A stretch of DNA of 64,000 nucleotides from Eledone cirrhosa. Lineage: Eukaryota. Positions 43,966 through 57,013 of the stretch are shown here, one piece after another. The position numbers were made by a program, and so were the translations under genes. The DNA lies in the NCBI GenBank assembly GCA_964016885.1, contig OZ024758.1, forward strand, positions 17,174,001 to 17,238,000. Direction: 5' to 3'. The notes under the pieces were generated by a model. That model worked only from the letters and a program-made list of their open reading frames with translations, searched no databases and was not told the DNA's origin. The number at the start of each line of letters is the position of its first letter. The first letter of the stretch is position 1.

Positions 43966-44045
43966 ACACACGTACAAATCCAAAGAGATGTTTCGCCAGT
44001 AATTTGTTGACAGAAATAGAAGAACCTCAGTTCATCAGCGTGTGT
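43966..44045 (-). ncRNA. Type I hammerhead ribozyme, copy 2 (cleavage 43973/43972; 2-nt deletion in stem III)
   Basis: Same core. Plus strand reads GAGATGTTTC versus GAGATCTGTTTC in the other copies. Base of stem II is weaker (ACTG/TGGC). Confidence 0.75.
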
Positions 44046-44507
44046 AAGGCTATACATTTCAGACAACACTAAGAGAATTTTAAAAGTGACTGTGCAGCTA
44101 CACGTGGGAGAGAGAAGTCACAGCGTGTTTAAGGGCAGTGAACCAGTGGCCTCTGAGGAGCGAGCTGCTAGAAAGGGCAGCCCAAAACCACTCAGAGAAG
44201 TGTGCCAACCAAACAGAGAGATAGGAAAGACTGTTATAAGGAGCGAAATATCACGATAAATTAATGGAGCCATAGGCCCTCGTCATTCCCTGTAAATAAT
44301 GTGCTCAAAGGAGAAGAAATCCTGAGCTCTTTAAAATACAATATGTTGAAAAGGTAACACACCAGAGAGAGATATACAGTGCGCTATCAATAAAACAGGG
44401 AAAAAAACCACCAGTGTATGGAATCTATAACCTATGAAAGGCAGACTATAGACACGATAATTAAAAATATAAATTAAAGCGTAAATAATTACATCTATAA
44501 CTATATA

Positions 44508-44589
44508 ACACACGTACAAATCCAAAGAGATCTGTTTCGCCAGTAATTTGTTGACAGAAATAGAAGAACCTCAGTTCATCAGCGTGTGT
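44508..44589 (-). ncRNA. Type I hammerhead ribozyme, copy 3 (cleavage 44515/44514)
   Basis: ACACACG-CTGATGA-...-GAAACAGATCtctttgGATTTGTA-CGTGTGT. Confidence 0.82.
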
Positions 44590-45892
44590 AAGGCTATACA
44601 TTTCAGACTACACTAAGAGAATTTTAAAAGTGACTGTCCAGCTACACGTGGGAGAGAGAAGTCACAGTGTGTTTATTGATAGCGCACTGTATATCTCTCT
44701 CTGGTGTGTTACCTTTTCAACATATTATATTTTAAAGAGCTCAGGATTTCTTCTCCTTTGACCACATTATTTACAGGGAATGGCAAGCGCCTATGGCTCC
44801 GTTAATTTATCATGATATATATATATATGTCTGTATGTGTGTGAATATGTGTTCATTCTATGAAAAATAGACCTAATGATCAAGAATAATAATTTATTCA
44901 TATATAATGTCTGATATTTAAACTACAGTTATGTGTGATATTAAGTTTCTTAAACCTGATAGCAATATGGTCATAGAAAATAGTATCACATATGTAATAT
45001 TGTGAGTTTCTGAACACATTATAGCAGAGGCAGTATAGCTAGAGTGTCAGGCAATATGCTTTGCATTATGCATTATATACTTATGTCTGGATACTGGATT
45101 GGCAGTATCGGTAGCGGGTCAGACGCCATGCTTTGCAACATAGAGTTACAGCCCTTTACGGTCTGAGTTCAAATCCCGTCGAGGTTAACTTTGCCTTTCA
45201 GCCTTACGGGGTTGATAAAATAAAGTACCAGTAATGCACTGGGATAATTGCTGGCCTTGTGCCAAAAGCAGAAACAACTATATAGTTATGTCTCATTACA
45301 TTCTGAGTTCAAATCCCGCCGAGGTTAGCTTTGCCTTTTATCCTTACGGGGTCGATAAAATAAAGTACCAGTAATGCACTGAGGTCAATTTAATTGACTT
45401 TCCCCCTTTCCCTTCAAATTGCTGGCCTTGTGCCTGAAGTAGAAACAATTATTAATCTGTTATTTGGACCATAAATTATCAAAGACTCTTCCATAGAATT
45501 CTGAGGGAATATTTTCAAATAAATATAAATATTGTAAAATTAACATCTTTGGATTGAAGACCCAGGGGTAGTTGCAAGCGAGTTGGTATGGCAGGGGATA
45601 CCCAACCTCTTAAAAGTGTGAAATGCTGACCTAACTATACTGTTTAGATCATGTGTATTGAAAAGCATTTTATATTTTGGACATGGAATGCAAAACTGTA
45701 TGTAAGCTGTTTTACAAATTTACGAAGGTTTAACAAAATATCTTATATAGAGAGCAAAAGGAAAACTAAACTGGGTTTTACACCCACATATACAGATACA
45801 CACATGCACATGCATAAGTATTCATATAAAAACATACACATGCATATATAGCTATAAATATATTTATATACAGACATCAATGTCTATATATG

Positions 45893-45925
<33 letters not shown>

Positions 45926-46054
45926 GTGTGTGTGTGTTTGTGTGTGTGTGTGTAATTTGTACACTAAGTATCTGAAATATACATGTATACAAGCATACAT
46001 ACATATACATAATACATAATACATACATACAGAAAGAAACACACACACACACAC

Positions 46055-46087
<33 letters not shown>

Positions 46088-47688
46088 CATATGTATATAT
46101 ATATACATGTGTGTGTATGTCAGTGTATGTATATGAGTTGGTATGTGATAATTAGTTGTCTATATATGTTGGTAAATGTGTGACTATGTGTCACTATTTT
46201 CTGACTATATGTGAGTGCAATTGAGCATAAGCGTAAGCATAGACCTGCAAGCTATTTAAATATTGCTTCAAGCATTATTTTTCCTATTGTCAGTTTTAAT
46301 TACTTCTCTTTGGCAATATTTAATTAATAAACACTATTCTTTAATTATTATTAATAACTTTAACAAACATTTATTGTCAGTCAAAATTATTTCTTAATAT
46401 TTTATTTATAGTTTTGTGTAAATATCTTAAACATAAATATATAAATAAGCAATATGATAAAAGTTGACAAAATCTAGAATATTCTGTATTAAGTTCTTAG
46501 CTATTCCATACTGTAGAATATAGAAATGCTGCAAGCAATACTTTCTATCTGAATCACCCCAAAACTGCGGAATAGAAATAATTGTTGCTACTTTTAGCAC
46601 AAGGCCAGCAATTACCCAGTGCATTACTGGTACTTTATTTTATCGACCCCGGAAGGATGAAAGGCAAAGTTAACCTCGGCGGGATTTGAACTCAGATCAT
46701 ACAGGGAGGTAACTCTATGCTTCAAAGCATGGCATCCGACCCTCTACCAATACTGCTAATCCACTGCGGAATAGAAATAATTGTCTCTACTTTAGGCACA
46801 AGGCCAGCAATTACCCAGTGCATTACTGGTACTTTATTTTATCGACCCCGTAAGGATGAAAGGCAAAGTCAACCTTGGCGGGATTTGAACTCAGATTGTA
46901 AAGGGGCGTAACTATGCTGGAAAGCATGGCGTCCGACCCTCTACCGATACTGCCAATCTACTGCGGAATAGAAATAATGATTTCTAGTTTTGTCAAAAGG
47001 CCAGCAATTTTAGAAAGGTAGAGAAAGTTGATTATCAACCTCAGTACTTGACTGGTACTTTATTTTATCAACCAAGACATAATGAAATGTAAGGTTGATC
47101 CCAACTGAACATGAACAGAAATAAGAACATATTTAGCTGGAACAAAATACCTTAACCCTTTAGAATTTACATTACTCTATATTTACTGTTGTATTTTTGC
47201 AGTAAAGGCTTTATCTTACATAATGATCTCATGTAATATTAAATCTATGAGATTTTGATATTATTTATTTTGAGAACAATAACTTAACATCAGTATGAGA
47301 GGCCAGTTACAGCTGGTTTGAACAGAAAGAGGTGATAGAATTCTGGCTGGATATGGCTGGTTTAAATGCTAAAGGGTTAACATCAGTATGAGTGGCTGGT
47401 TATGGCCGGTTTAAACAGAAAGTGGTGAGAGAATTCTGGCCAGATATGGCCAGATTAAATGCTAAATGGTTAATGTTTAACTCTTTACCATTTACATTAT
47501 TCTATATATATTATTGCATTTTTGTAGTAAAGGCTTTATCTTACATAATTATCTCATGCAATATTGAATCTATGAGATTTTGATATTATTTATTTTGAGA
47601 ACAATACATTAACATCAGTATAAGTGGCTGATTACAGCTAGTTTGAACAGAAAGCGGTGAGGAAATTCTGGCTGGTATTTGATATTGA

Positions 47689-47918
47689 TCATCAACATCA
47701 TCATCATGGTTTAATGTCCATCTTCCACGCTTGCATGGGTTTGGACAGGAGTTTTCCCACTTGAGGCAAGATTGGTTGTCCTGCTCATATAGGACTGTCT
47801 GGCAGGTTTTCTACGGCTGGATGCCCTTCCCAACACCAACCACGTTTACAGTGTGGACTGGGAGGTTTTTACCGTGTAACCTACACGGCTACATTACAGC
47901 GTGGACTGTGTGTTTTTT
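47689..47918 (-). mobile_element. RTE family A 3' UTR fragment
   Basis: Similar to 190-410. Confidence 0.85.
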
Positions 47919-48099
47919 ATGTGAGATAATTATGTGAAGTAAAGCCTATACCTTGAAAATGTAATAGTAAATATAGAGTAATGTAAATACTAATGGGCTA
48001 ATAATATCTACAATCAAAAGACTGAACAATTTTACAGAGCTGTTACAGATTATAGTAGTGAATCCCAAAATATCTGTTTACAGCTCTGTCAGTTCACCA

Positions 48100-48445
48100 A
48101 TCTTACTATATGGAATTGAAACATGGATGCTTTCATTCAAACAACAAAAGTGCCTTGATGGCTCCTTCAAATCTGACTTTGAAAGAAATATATGCTGGCC
48201 TCCCATGCATATCTGTCACCATACGTAAAAGGAGCCTAGATTTGCTTGCCACTGCCATCATGCCACCTACAAGGCTGTGTCTTCATTTTTGCTTTGGAAA
48301 CCACAAGCAGTCACTAATAACAGGGGGCTCTCCTATCCTGATGTCATCTCCAGAGATTCTGGTATTGAAATCCAGGACTTGGCAACAGCAATGAATGACA
48401 GACCCATGTCGAGATCAATTGAGGCTGCCGAATGATGATGTGATG
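48100..48445 (+). mobile_element. Old non-LTR (RTE-group) 3' fragment
   Basis: LKEIYAGLPCISVTIRKR, then after a frameshift LSYPDVISRDSGIEIQDLATAMNDR, followed by (GAT)n. Confidence 0.55.
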
Positions 48446-48904
48446 TTTTTGCTAAGGAGATAATCCAATGGTAGAGATGAAAAAGACACCATTGCCATAA
48501 TGGACTAATGGATGTTTTTTAGATTCTCTCTGTTAAACTCTACAACAAGCACCATCGTAAAAATGAGAGAGTTAGTCATATTTTACTTAATCCCTCCAAA
48601 TTTTTGATTATTTAACCCTTTAGCTTTTACATTACTCTATGTTTAATACTGTATTTTCGCAGTAAAGGCTTTATCTCATATAATGTCAAATCTATGAGAT
48701 TTTGATATCAGTTATTTTGAGAACAATAACTTAACATCAATATGAGTAGCCAGTTATAGCCTGTTTGAACAGAAAGAAGTGAGAGAATTATGGCCGGATA
48801 TGGCCGATTTAAATGCTCAAGGGTTAAAACATTATTTGGAAGTCATAGGGACTATCTTTTGTTAGGAATATCGTAATGAAAGGGTTAATGTTTTTAGCCA
48901 AGTT

Positions 48905-48980
<76 letters not shown>

Positions 48981-50708
48981 AAAAGAGTCAAGACCCCAAT
49001 GGCTGAGCTCCGGCTGTTTCGACAGCTAGATCTGAACTAACCCAGTAGTGTTAGGACATAGTAATCTAGTTGAACTTATCAAGGGGTACAGTCCATATAT
49101 GGGCATGTAATGAAAACATAGCAGTAGTATCATATCCAACAAATCTAAAAATTGTTGCTTTTGATTTCTGTCACTAGGAGTGGTCAAAGCTTTTGTATAC
49201 ATAGTTAAATTCCTGGGGGTGGAAGTGGCTGAACTTACCTGTAGAACTAAGGGGTGGGAATAAGATGACAATCTGACTTGTGGATGCCAGGCCTGTCATG
49301 CATTAAGAGAGAATTCTTTACAACTATCTCTAAAGGGGGTAAGAACCTATGATAAACAAGGAATGTTGTAGAGTTAAAAAGAGTGTGCCAGGTCCATCTT
49401 TGGCTGAAGAGCAAAGCAAATATAATTCAATACAAAATTCCTAATTAATAAAATTTAGTTATTAGTTACTCTAATAGAAGTAAAATCAGTAGTTGGTAGA
49501 TTCGAACAAGGAATTTTTCAGGTAATACTTCAACATTCATAACTGGACTGTGAACTTACATCTCCTGTATTGTTCGAGAAATAATGTGCTGAATAGAATT
49601 TTCATATAAGCTGTATTGAATTGTTCATTGATCCTTCAAACATTTACCAATTGGTTTGTCAAAGCTGAAATTAATCTGTTTATAAACACCTTTGAATAAA
49701 TGTCTATATTAAAAGAACAAAGGATTATTTGTCTCTCTATTGATTAATATGATATATCGAAAATATTTCTATGTAACATTTATAATATAAGAATAATTCT
49801 CACTGAAGTATTATTCATCCAAAACCATTTAACAACACCCAAATCCTATTCTTTTCTTCTGTTATGAATGTACTCTAAAGTTATTAGACAACTGTTTATT
49901 TTATTACTCCTACCGTTGTGTCTACATTCACATCTTCATAAAAATATTGGAAGAAAATTAAGACAAACAAGATTTTTAAATCCTTATTAGATTTTCTAAA
50001 ACTACTTAATACTTTGGAAACTTACGAGGTTAGCTTCTAAAAAAGAAACAGACAAAAAAAAAAAATAACAAAAAAAACAACAACAAAAAACGAATTAATA
50101 ATAAGAATGATGATGATGATGTAGTAGTGACAATGGCGGCAGTGCTGAACCCCCCCCACCCCCCACCCCCCAAAAAAAACATGAAAGATGAAATAATAAT
50201 AATTATAGCTATGATGATGGTGATGATAATGTTGTTGATGTTGGTGGTGATGATGATGTAAAAGAATAATGAAAAGAAATAATAATAATAATAATAATAA
50301 TGATCTTTTGTGATGTTGACTGACACTAACAATAATAATACACCCCCCCCCGCCAACAACAACAATAACAACAACACTAGAATAAAACAATAACAAAAAC
50401 AATTGAAGCTAGACAAGACAATCTCTTCAGACTGGTAAGATTAGCACAAGAATTATATCATCTGTTGTATATTATACACTTTTTATCTTTTCTAATGATG
50501 CAATATATTATATTTTCTGGCCGGCATTATCCATTGAATTCGCTTATTCTCATCAAAATAATTAAATTATTTACTCTGCAAACAATAGCAATGCTTCATT
50601 CTCTTTCGTTTCCAATGACAATAAATTATAATTATGTATATTAAAAATCTTCTGTTAGCAACAATTGTTCTCGTTGACTAGAAAGTACAAACAAATAAAT
50701 TAATTTAA

Positions 50709-52163
50709 CCCTTTAGCTTTTAAACCGGCCATATCCAGCCAGAATTCTCTCACCTCTTTCTGTTCAAACCGGTCGTATCCTGCCAGAATTCTCTCACCTT
50801 TTTCTGTTCAAACTGGTCGTATCCAGCCAGAATTCTCTCACCTCTTTCTGTTCAAACCGGTCGTATCCAGCCAGAATTCTCTCACCTCCTTCTGTTCAAA
50901 CTGGCCATAACCAGCCACTCATGTTTATGTTAACCCTTTAGCATTTAAACCAGTCATATTCTGCCAGAATTCTCGCACCTCTTTCTCTTTAAACTGGCCA
51001 TAAATGGCCTCTCAGATTTATGTTAACTCTTTAGCATTTAAACCGGCCGTATCCAGCCAGAGTCTTTTCACCTCTTTTTGTTCAAACTGGCCATATCCAG
51101 CCAGAATTCTCTCAACTCTTTCTGTTCAAAACAGCCATAGCGAGCCACTCACATTTAAGTTAAAGAATTGTTCTCAATATAAATGATATCGAAATCTCAT
51201 AGATTCAGCATTATGTGAGGTAAAGACTTTACCATAAAGATATAATTATTTCTACTTTAGGCACAAGGCCAGCAATTACCCAGTGCATTACTGGTACTTT
51301 ATTTTATCTACCCCGTAAGGATGAAAGGCAAAGTCAACCTTGGCAGGAATTGAACTCAGATTGTAAAGGGACGTAACTATGCTGGAAAGCATGGCGTCCG
51401 ACCCTCTACCAATACTGCTAATCCACCACCCCATAAAGATATAATAGTAAATATAGAGTAATGTAAATACTAAAGAGTTAAACCAGCCGTATCTGGTCAG
51501 AATTCTCTCATCTCTTTCTGTTCAAACCAGTCAGAACCAGCCGCTCATATCTATGTTAAGCATTTAGCATTTGAACCAGCCATATCCAGCCAGAATTCTC
51601 TCATCTCTTTCTGTTCAAACCAGTCAGAACCAGCCGCTCATATCTATGTTAAGCCTTTAGCATTTGAACCAGCCATATCCAGCCAGAATTCTCTCATCTC
51701 TTTCTGTTCAAACCAGTCAGAACCAGCCGCTCATATCTATGTTAAGCCTTTAGCATTTGAACCAGCCATATCCAGCCAGAATTCTCTCATCTCTTTCTGT
51801 TCAAACCAGTCAGAACCAGCCGCTCATATCTATGTTAAGCCTTTAGCATTTGAACCAGCCATATCCAGCCAGAATTCTCTCATCTCTTTCTGTTCAAACC
51901 AGTCAGAACCAGCCGCTCATATCTATGTTAAGCCTTTAGCATTTGAACCAGCCATATCCAACCAGAATTCTCTCACCTTTTTCTGTTCAAACCAGTCATA
52001 ACCAGCCACTCACATTTAAGTTAAGGTATTGTTCTCAAAATAAATAATATCAAAATCTCATAGATTCAGTATTATAAGATAACTATGTGAGATAACTATG
52101 TGAGATAAAGCCTTTACCATAAAAATACAATAGTAAATATAGAGTAATGTAAATCCTAAAGGG
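50709..52163. repeat. Nest of piggyBac-MITE termini, including a ~78-bp tandem array (about 6 units, 51480-52010) and ~43-bp repeats (50720-50910)
   Basis: CCAGCCAGAATTCTCTCA(C/T)CTCTTTCTGTTCAAAC is reiterated; units are joined at TTAA. Confidence 0.88.
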
Positions 52164-52926
52164 TTAAAAACAAACTATGAAATAAAAAAATAATAACCAA
52201 ACAGCTAAAAAGTTAATAATCATTATTCTTGGATTGTTAACCCCCCACCCCACCCTCAACAAAAGAAGGAAATGTATTTTCTTGAAATTTTTTTGTAATA
52301 AGAAGAACTTTATTTCTGCTTACATGAAAATGGAAGCTCAAGAAATTCAAATGAACAATGATATATTTTCTTCCTTAAATATCATCGTTAGTAGAGATTT
52401 AACTTGCCTTTATTTGTTTTTGACTACTACTACTACTACTACTACATCATCATCATCATCGCCAGCATCATCATCAGCACCATCATCATCTCTGTCGTCG
52501 TCACCAGATCTTTGTCCCTTCTTTTTTTTTTTCAATATATTATTATTAATATTATTATTATTAATAATAATAATAATATTATTATTATTAGTAATAGTAG
52601 TAGTAGTAGCAGTAGCAGCAGCAGCAGTAGTAGTAGTAGTAGTAGTAGCAGCAGTAGTAGTAGCAGTAGTAGTAGTAGTAGCAGCAGTGGCAGTAGTAGT
52701 AGTGTTGTGTTATTTTTCTTATTTTTTCCTCTCAATAAAGGTGTTTGGTTTTGAATTTTGACTTCTCAATACCAGAGCTATGCCTTCAATTACCTCATTA
52801 GTGGATACTCTGTGTAAATCTAACCAGAAATCTGTTTTTAAACATGAACTTAGCAACTTGTGTAGCAATATCCTCCTTATTATCATCATTTACTACCCAT
52901 TCCTTCTGATTACGATACACACACAA

Positions 52927-53063
<137 letters not shown>

Positions 53064-53082
53064 AATATATATATATATATAT

Positions 53083-55798
53083 ATCATCATCATCATCATC
53101 ATCACCATTTTACGTCCGTTCTTCCACGCTAGCATGGGTTAGACGGGTTGTCCTGTTGTGGGCAGTGTCTGGTCGGCTGACCATGCCTTGCTCATACAGG
53201 AACTGATCTGGCTTGATTTCTACAGCTGGATGCCCTTCCTAACACCAACCTCATTTACAGTGAGTGCTGGGTGCTTTTTCGTGGCGCCTACACGTCCACT
53301 TTACAGTGTGGGCTGGGTGCTTTTTTGCCGTGGCACCTCCACGACCACCTTGCGGTGGGGGGGGGGGGCATATTGTTTATATGCTTCAGCATGTACCCAT
53401 GGGAGGTCGGGTACCCTGTATTACTGCGTGACGCCAGAAGTCACGGTCGTGTGTCATTGACTTTGAGAGGTGTAGTTGGGTAAGGTCGGCTTTTATCACC
53501 TCATCCCAAGTCATCTTGGGTCTCCCCACTCCGCGGTTTCCATCAACTTCTAGTGCTCTGCACCTTTTTATGCAGCTGTCATCCTTCATACGCATCACAT
53601 GTCCATACCAGCGTAACCGCCTCTCCTGCACGCAGCATTTGATTCCTCTTATGCTCAGTCTCTCTCTCAATTCATTTATGCTTTGTCGTTCACGTATATT
53701 ACTGTTACACATCCATCGGAGCATGCAGGCTTCGTTTCTCTCTAATCTACGTAAGTCTTCCACCTTCAGCGCCCAGGTCTCACTACCATGCAACATCGCT
53801 GTTCGGATACACGCATCATACAGTCTGCCTTTCATTCTGAGGGAGAAGCCTTTTGCAGCTAGCAGTGGTAGTAGTTCCCTAAACTTCTTCCATCCCGTTC
53901 TTACCCTAGTTATTGTACTTTCTGAGCACCCACCTCCGTTGCTAATTCGGTCACCTAGGTAGCAGAAGCTGTCTACTGTTTCTACAGGGCCCTCCCAGAG
54001 ATTGGTGGTACTTGTTTCCTGTGGCTGTTTGCTTGCTGTTTCAGCACAGCTGCTGCATGTGAATCCTACATTCTTAATTAAGCTTCCTGAGATCCCGCTA
54101 CATCTCTTGTGTACCCATTGTTTGCATTTGGGGCAAAGAATGGAGTTCCTACCTACACCTTTCCTACATACTGAGCAAGGCCATTTCCCTGAGGGGATCT
54201 GGGTTCTGTTTTCTCGTCTACTTATAAGGACCTTGGTCTTTGTCATGTTGACTTTGAGGCCCTTTCTCTCTAGTCCCTGCTTCCAGGTTTGGAATTTATT
54301 CTCTAGTTCTACCATAGATTCAGCTATGAGTGCGAGGTCATCAGCATACAGGAGTTCCCATGGGCATCCGGTCTTAAACTCCTCCGTTATTGCCTGCAGG
54401 ACTATGATGAACAGGAGAGGGCTAAGAACAGAGCCCTGGTGGACCCCAACCTGTACGCTAAATTCCTCGCTATACTCATTGCCAATCCTAACTTTGCTGA
54501 CTGCTCCCCTATACATGGCTTGTACCGCTTTCACAAGCCATTCATCTACTCCTAGTTTTCTAAGAGCCCACCAGATTACTGCACGTGGAACTCTGTCAAA
54601 GGCTTTCTCAAGGTCGACAAATGCCAAGTAGAGTGGCTTACTTTTAGCTAGGTACTTTTCCTGTAATTGCCTCACAAGGAAGAGCGCATCAGTGGTGCCT
54701 TTCCCTGGTACAAACCCAAATTGCATCTCGTCTATATTCACCCGGTCCCTAATCAGCTGTGCTATAACTCTTTCTGTTACTTTCATGACCTGGTCCATCA
54801 ACTTTATACCTCTATAGTTTCCTCTATCTAGTGCATCGCCTTTACCTTTGTAGCAGTTGACAATGATGCTACTGCACCAATCTTTTGGTATGGCCCCCTC
54901 TAGTATTACCTGGTTAACGATACGTGTGGTTATAGTGTGACCTACAGACCCAGATGCCTTCAGCATCTCGGCAGCTATACCCGATGGACCGGTTGCCTTC
55001 CCTATCTTCATATCTCTGATTGCCTTACTTACTACGCTGCCGCTGACTTGTACTGCTGGTCCCTCTATAGGGTCTACGTGGGGTAGGGTCTCTTCTTCCC
55101 ATGCATTCTCCTCATTTAGTAATCTATCATAATGACTCTTCCATGCATCTTTCTTCTCAGCACTTGTGAGGGCAAGCTCACCTTTATCATTCCGGATACA
55201 CTTCTCTCCAATGACATCACAACTATCTCTGACACACTGCCTCGCAATCTTGAATACCTCCTGTTTCTGGTCCTCACGTTGTAAAACATGCTTGAATTTT
55301 CTATCCTCTGCTTCCCTCCTAGCTAAGTATACTTGTCGCCTAGCTTCCCTCTTGGTCTCTATGTAATGTACCCTGCTCCCCCCGTTCTTCCATTCTTTCC
55401 ATGCCTGTCTCTTGGCCTTGACTGCTTCATCTACCTTATTGTTCCACCACCAAGTCACTCTCCTCCTGCTTGAGGTCTTACTCCAGCCACAAACCTCATC
55501 CGTCGCCTCTAGTAAGTTATTTTTTAGGAACTCCCAGTTCTCTTCTACGTTAAATGTCTCTATCTGTTCTTCTTTACTGTCGTAGGCGTTGAGTAAAATA
55601 TCTTTAAATCTGTTACTGGTTGAGGGGACTTTCAGCTTCCAGATCTTTCTTCTCCAGGTTGGCCTCTGTTTCAGGGCTCGTCTAGTTCTGACCGTGAGGT
55701 CGCTGACAACTAAGCTATGTTGGGATGTACATTCCTCACTAGGGAAGGCTTTTGTGTTTACGACCGTCCATCTGTCACGTCCTCTGATGAGGATAAAA

Positions 55799-55800
<2 letters not shown>
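53083..55800 (-). mobile_element. RTE-clade LINE, family B, 5'-truncated, young
   Basis: Uninterrupted ORF, ~290-bp 3' UTR, (GAT)n tail, (TA)n on both sides. Confidence 0.97.
53386..55800 (-). CDS. RTE ORF (C-terminal part of APE endonuclease + reverse transcriptase + Cys/His finger), no start codon
   Basis: The frame is open from 55800 (DFILIRGRD...EECTSQHSLVV, the APE C-terminal motifs) through NYRGIKL, DLEKAFD, QGSVLSP and YADD to the stop at 53386. Confidence 0.93.
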
Positions 55801-55846
<46 letters not shown>

Positions 55847-56466
55847 GAAAAGTATAGAAATTATTGTAGCAAGAAGCAAACAGTATTCCGTAATATATAA
55901 TATACTACTATAATAATAATAATTGTTTCTACTTTAGGCACAAGGCCAGCAATTACCCAGTGCATTACTGGTACATTATTTTATCGACCCCGTAAGGATG
56001 AAAGGCAAAGTCAACCTCGGCGGGATTTGAACGCAGATCGTAAAGGGACGTAACTATGCTGGAAAGCATGGCGTCCGACCCTCTACCGATACTGTCAAAT
56101 AATATATATATATATGTAGGCACATGGCTTAGTGGTTAGAGCATTGGCCTTGCAATCGAAAGGTTGTGAGTTCAATTCTCGGACAGGGTGATGTGTTGTT
56201 TCCTTGAGCAAGAGACTTTATTTCACATTGCTCCAGTTTACTCAGCTGTAGAAATGAGATGATAGGGACTGGGGTCCATATCATTCCACTGCAAAGTGGA
56301 ATGATATGGACCCCAGTCTCTATGACAAAAAGCACTCAGCACTCACTGTAAATGTGGTTGGTGTTAGGAAGGGCATCCAGCTGTAGAAATCAAGCCAGAA
56401 TCAGTTCCCGTCCCACCCTTGCAAGCAGGGAAAAGTGGACGTAAAATGATGATGATGATGATATAT

Positions 56467-56535
<69 letters not shown>

Positions 56536-56564
56536 ATATAATATACAGGTATATATATTCTTAT

Positions 56565-56609
<45 letters not shown>

Positions 56610-56859
56610 TATATATACATATACTCATGCACCTACATATATATATATATATACATACAGATGTGAATATATATCTATATATATATATATGTATGTGAGT
56701 ATAAGAATATATTCTTATACTCACATACATATATATATAGATATATATTCATATACACACACACATACATATATATATATACACAGATATATATATTCAT
56801 ATACACACACACATGCATACAAATATATATATAAATACCATATTTATTTTTTGATACCC

Positions 56860-56910
56860 AGATTCCTGATGATTTCTAATGAATGAAACAGTTCTAGTCC
56901 TGTAGAATCT
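56860..56910 (+). ncRNA. Type I hammerhead ribozyme (H1), predicted cleavage after 56904
   Basis: AGATTC-CTGATGA-T-TTC taat GAA-T-GAAA-CAG ttctagtc CTG-TA-GAATCT. The element continues to 56993. Confidence 0.72.
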
Positions 56911-57013
56911 CATCTATATTAAAACTGTTATACTCTGCTATGTATTGAGTACCTTACTTACTGTGGTTACCTCCGATTCAACCCGGAATAACGTATATAT
57001 ATATATATATATA

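Larger units (their letters stand above)
43252..44817 (-). mobile_element. Retrozyme-like / non-autonomous Penelope-like element: ~2.6 tandem 542-544-bp units plus a ~145-bp inverted terminal arm, in (TA)n
   Basis: Units start at ~43252, 43795 and 44337. 44672-44817 is the reverse complement of ~44249-44393. There is one hammerhead per unit and no credible ORF. Confidence 0.85.

Noticed and set aside
53516-54631. Antisense ORFs over the LINEs
   Set aside because: Shadow frames of the RT ORF.
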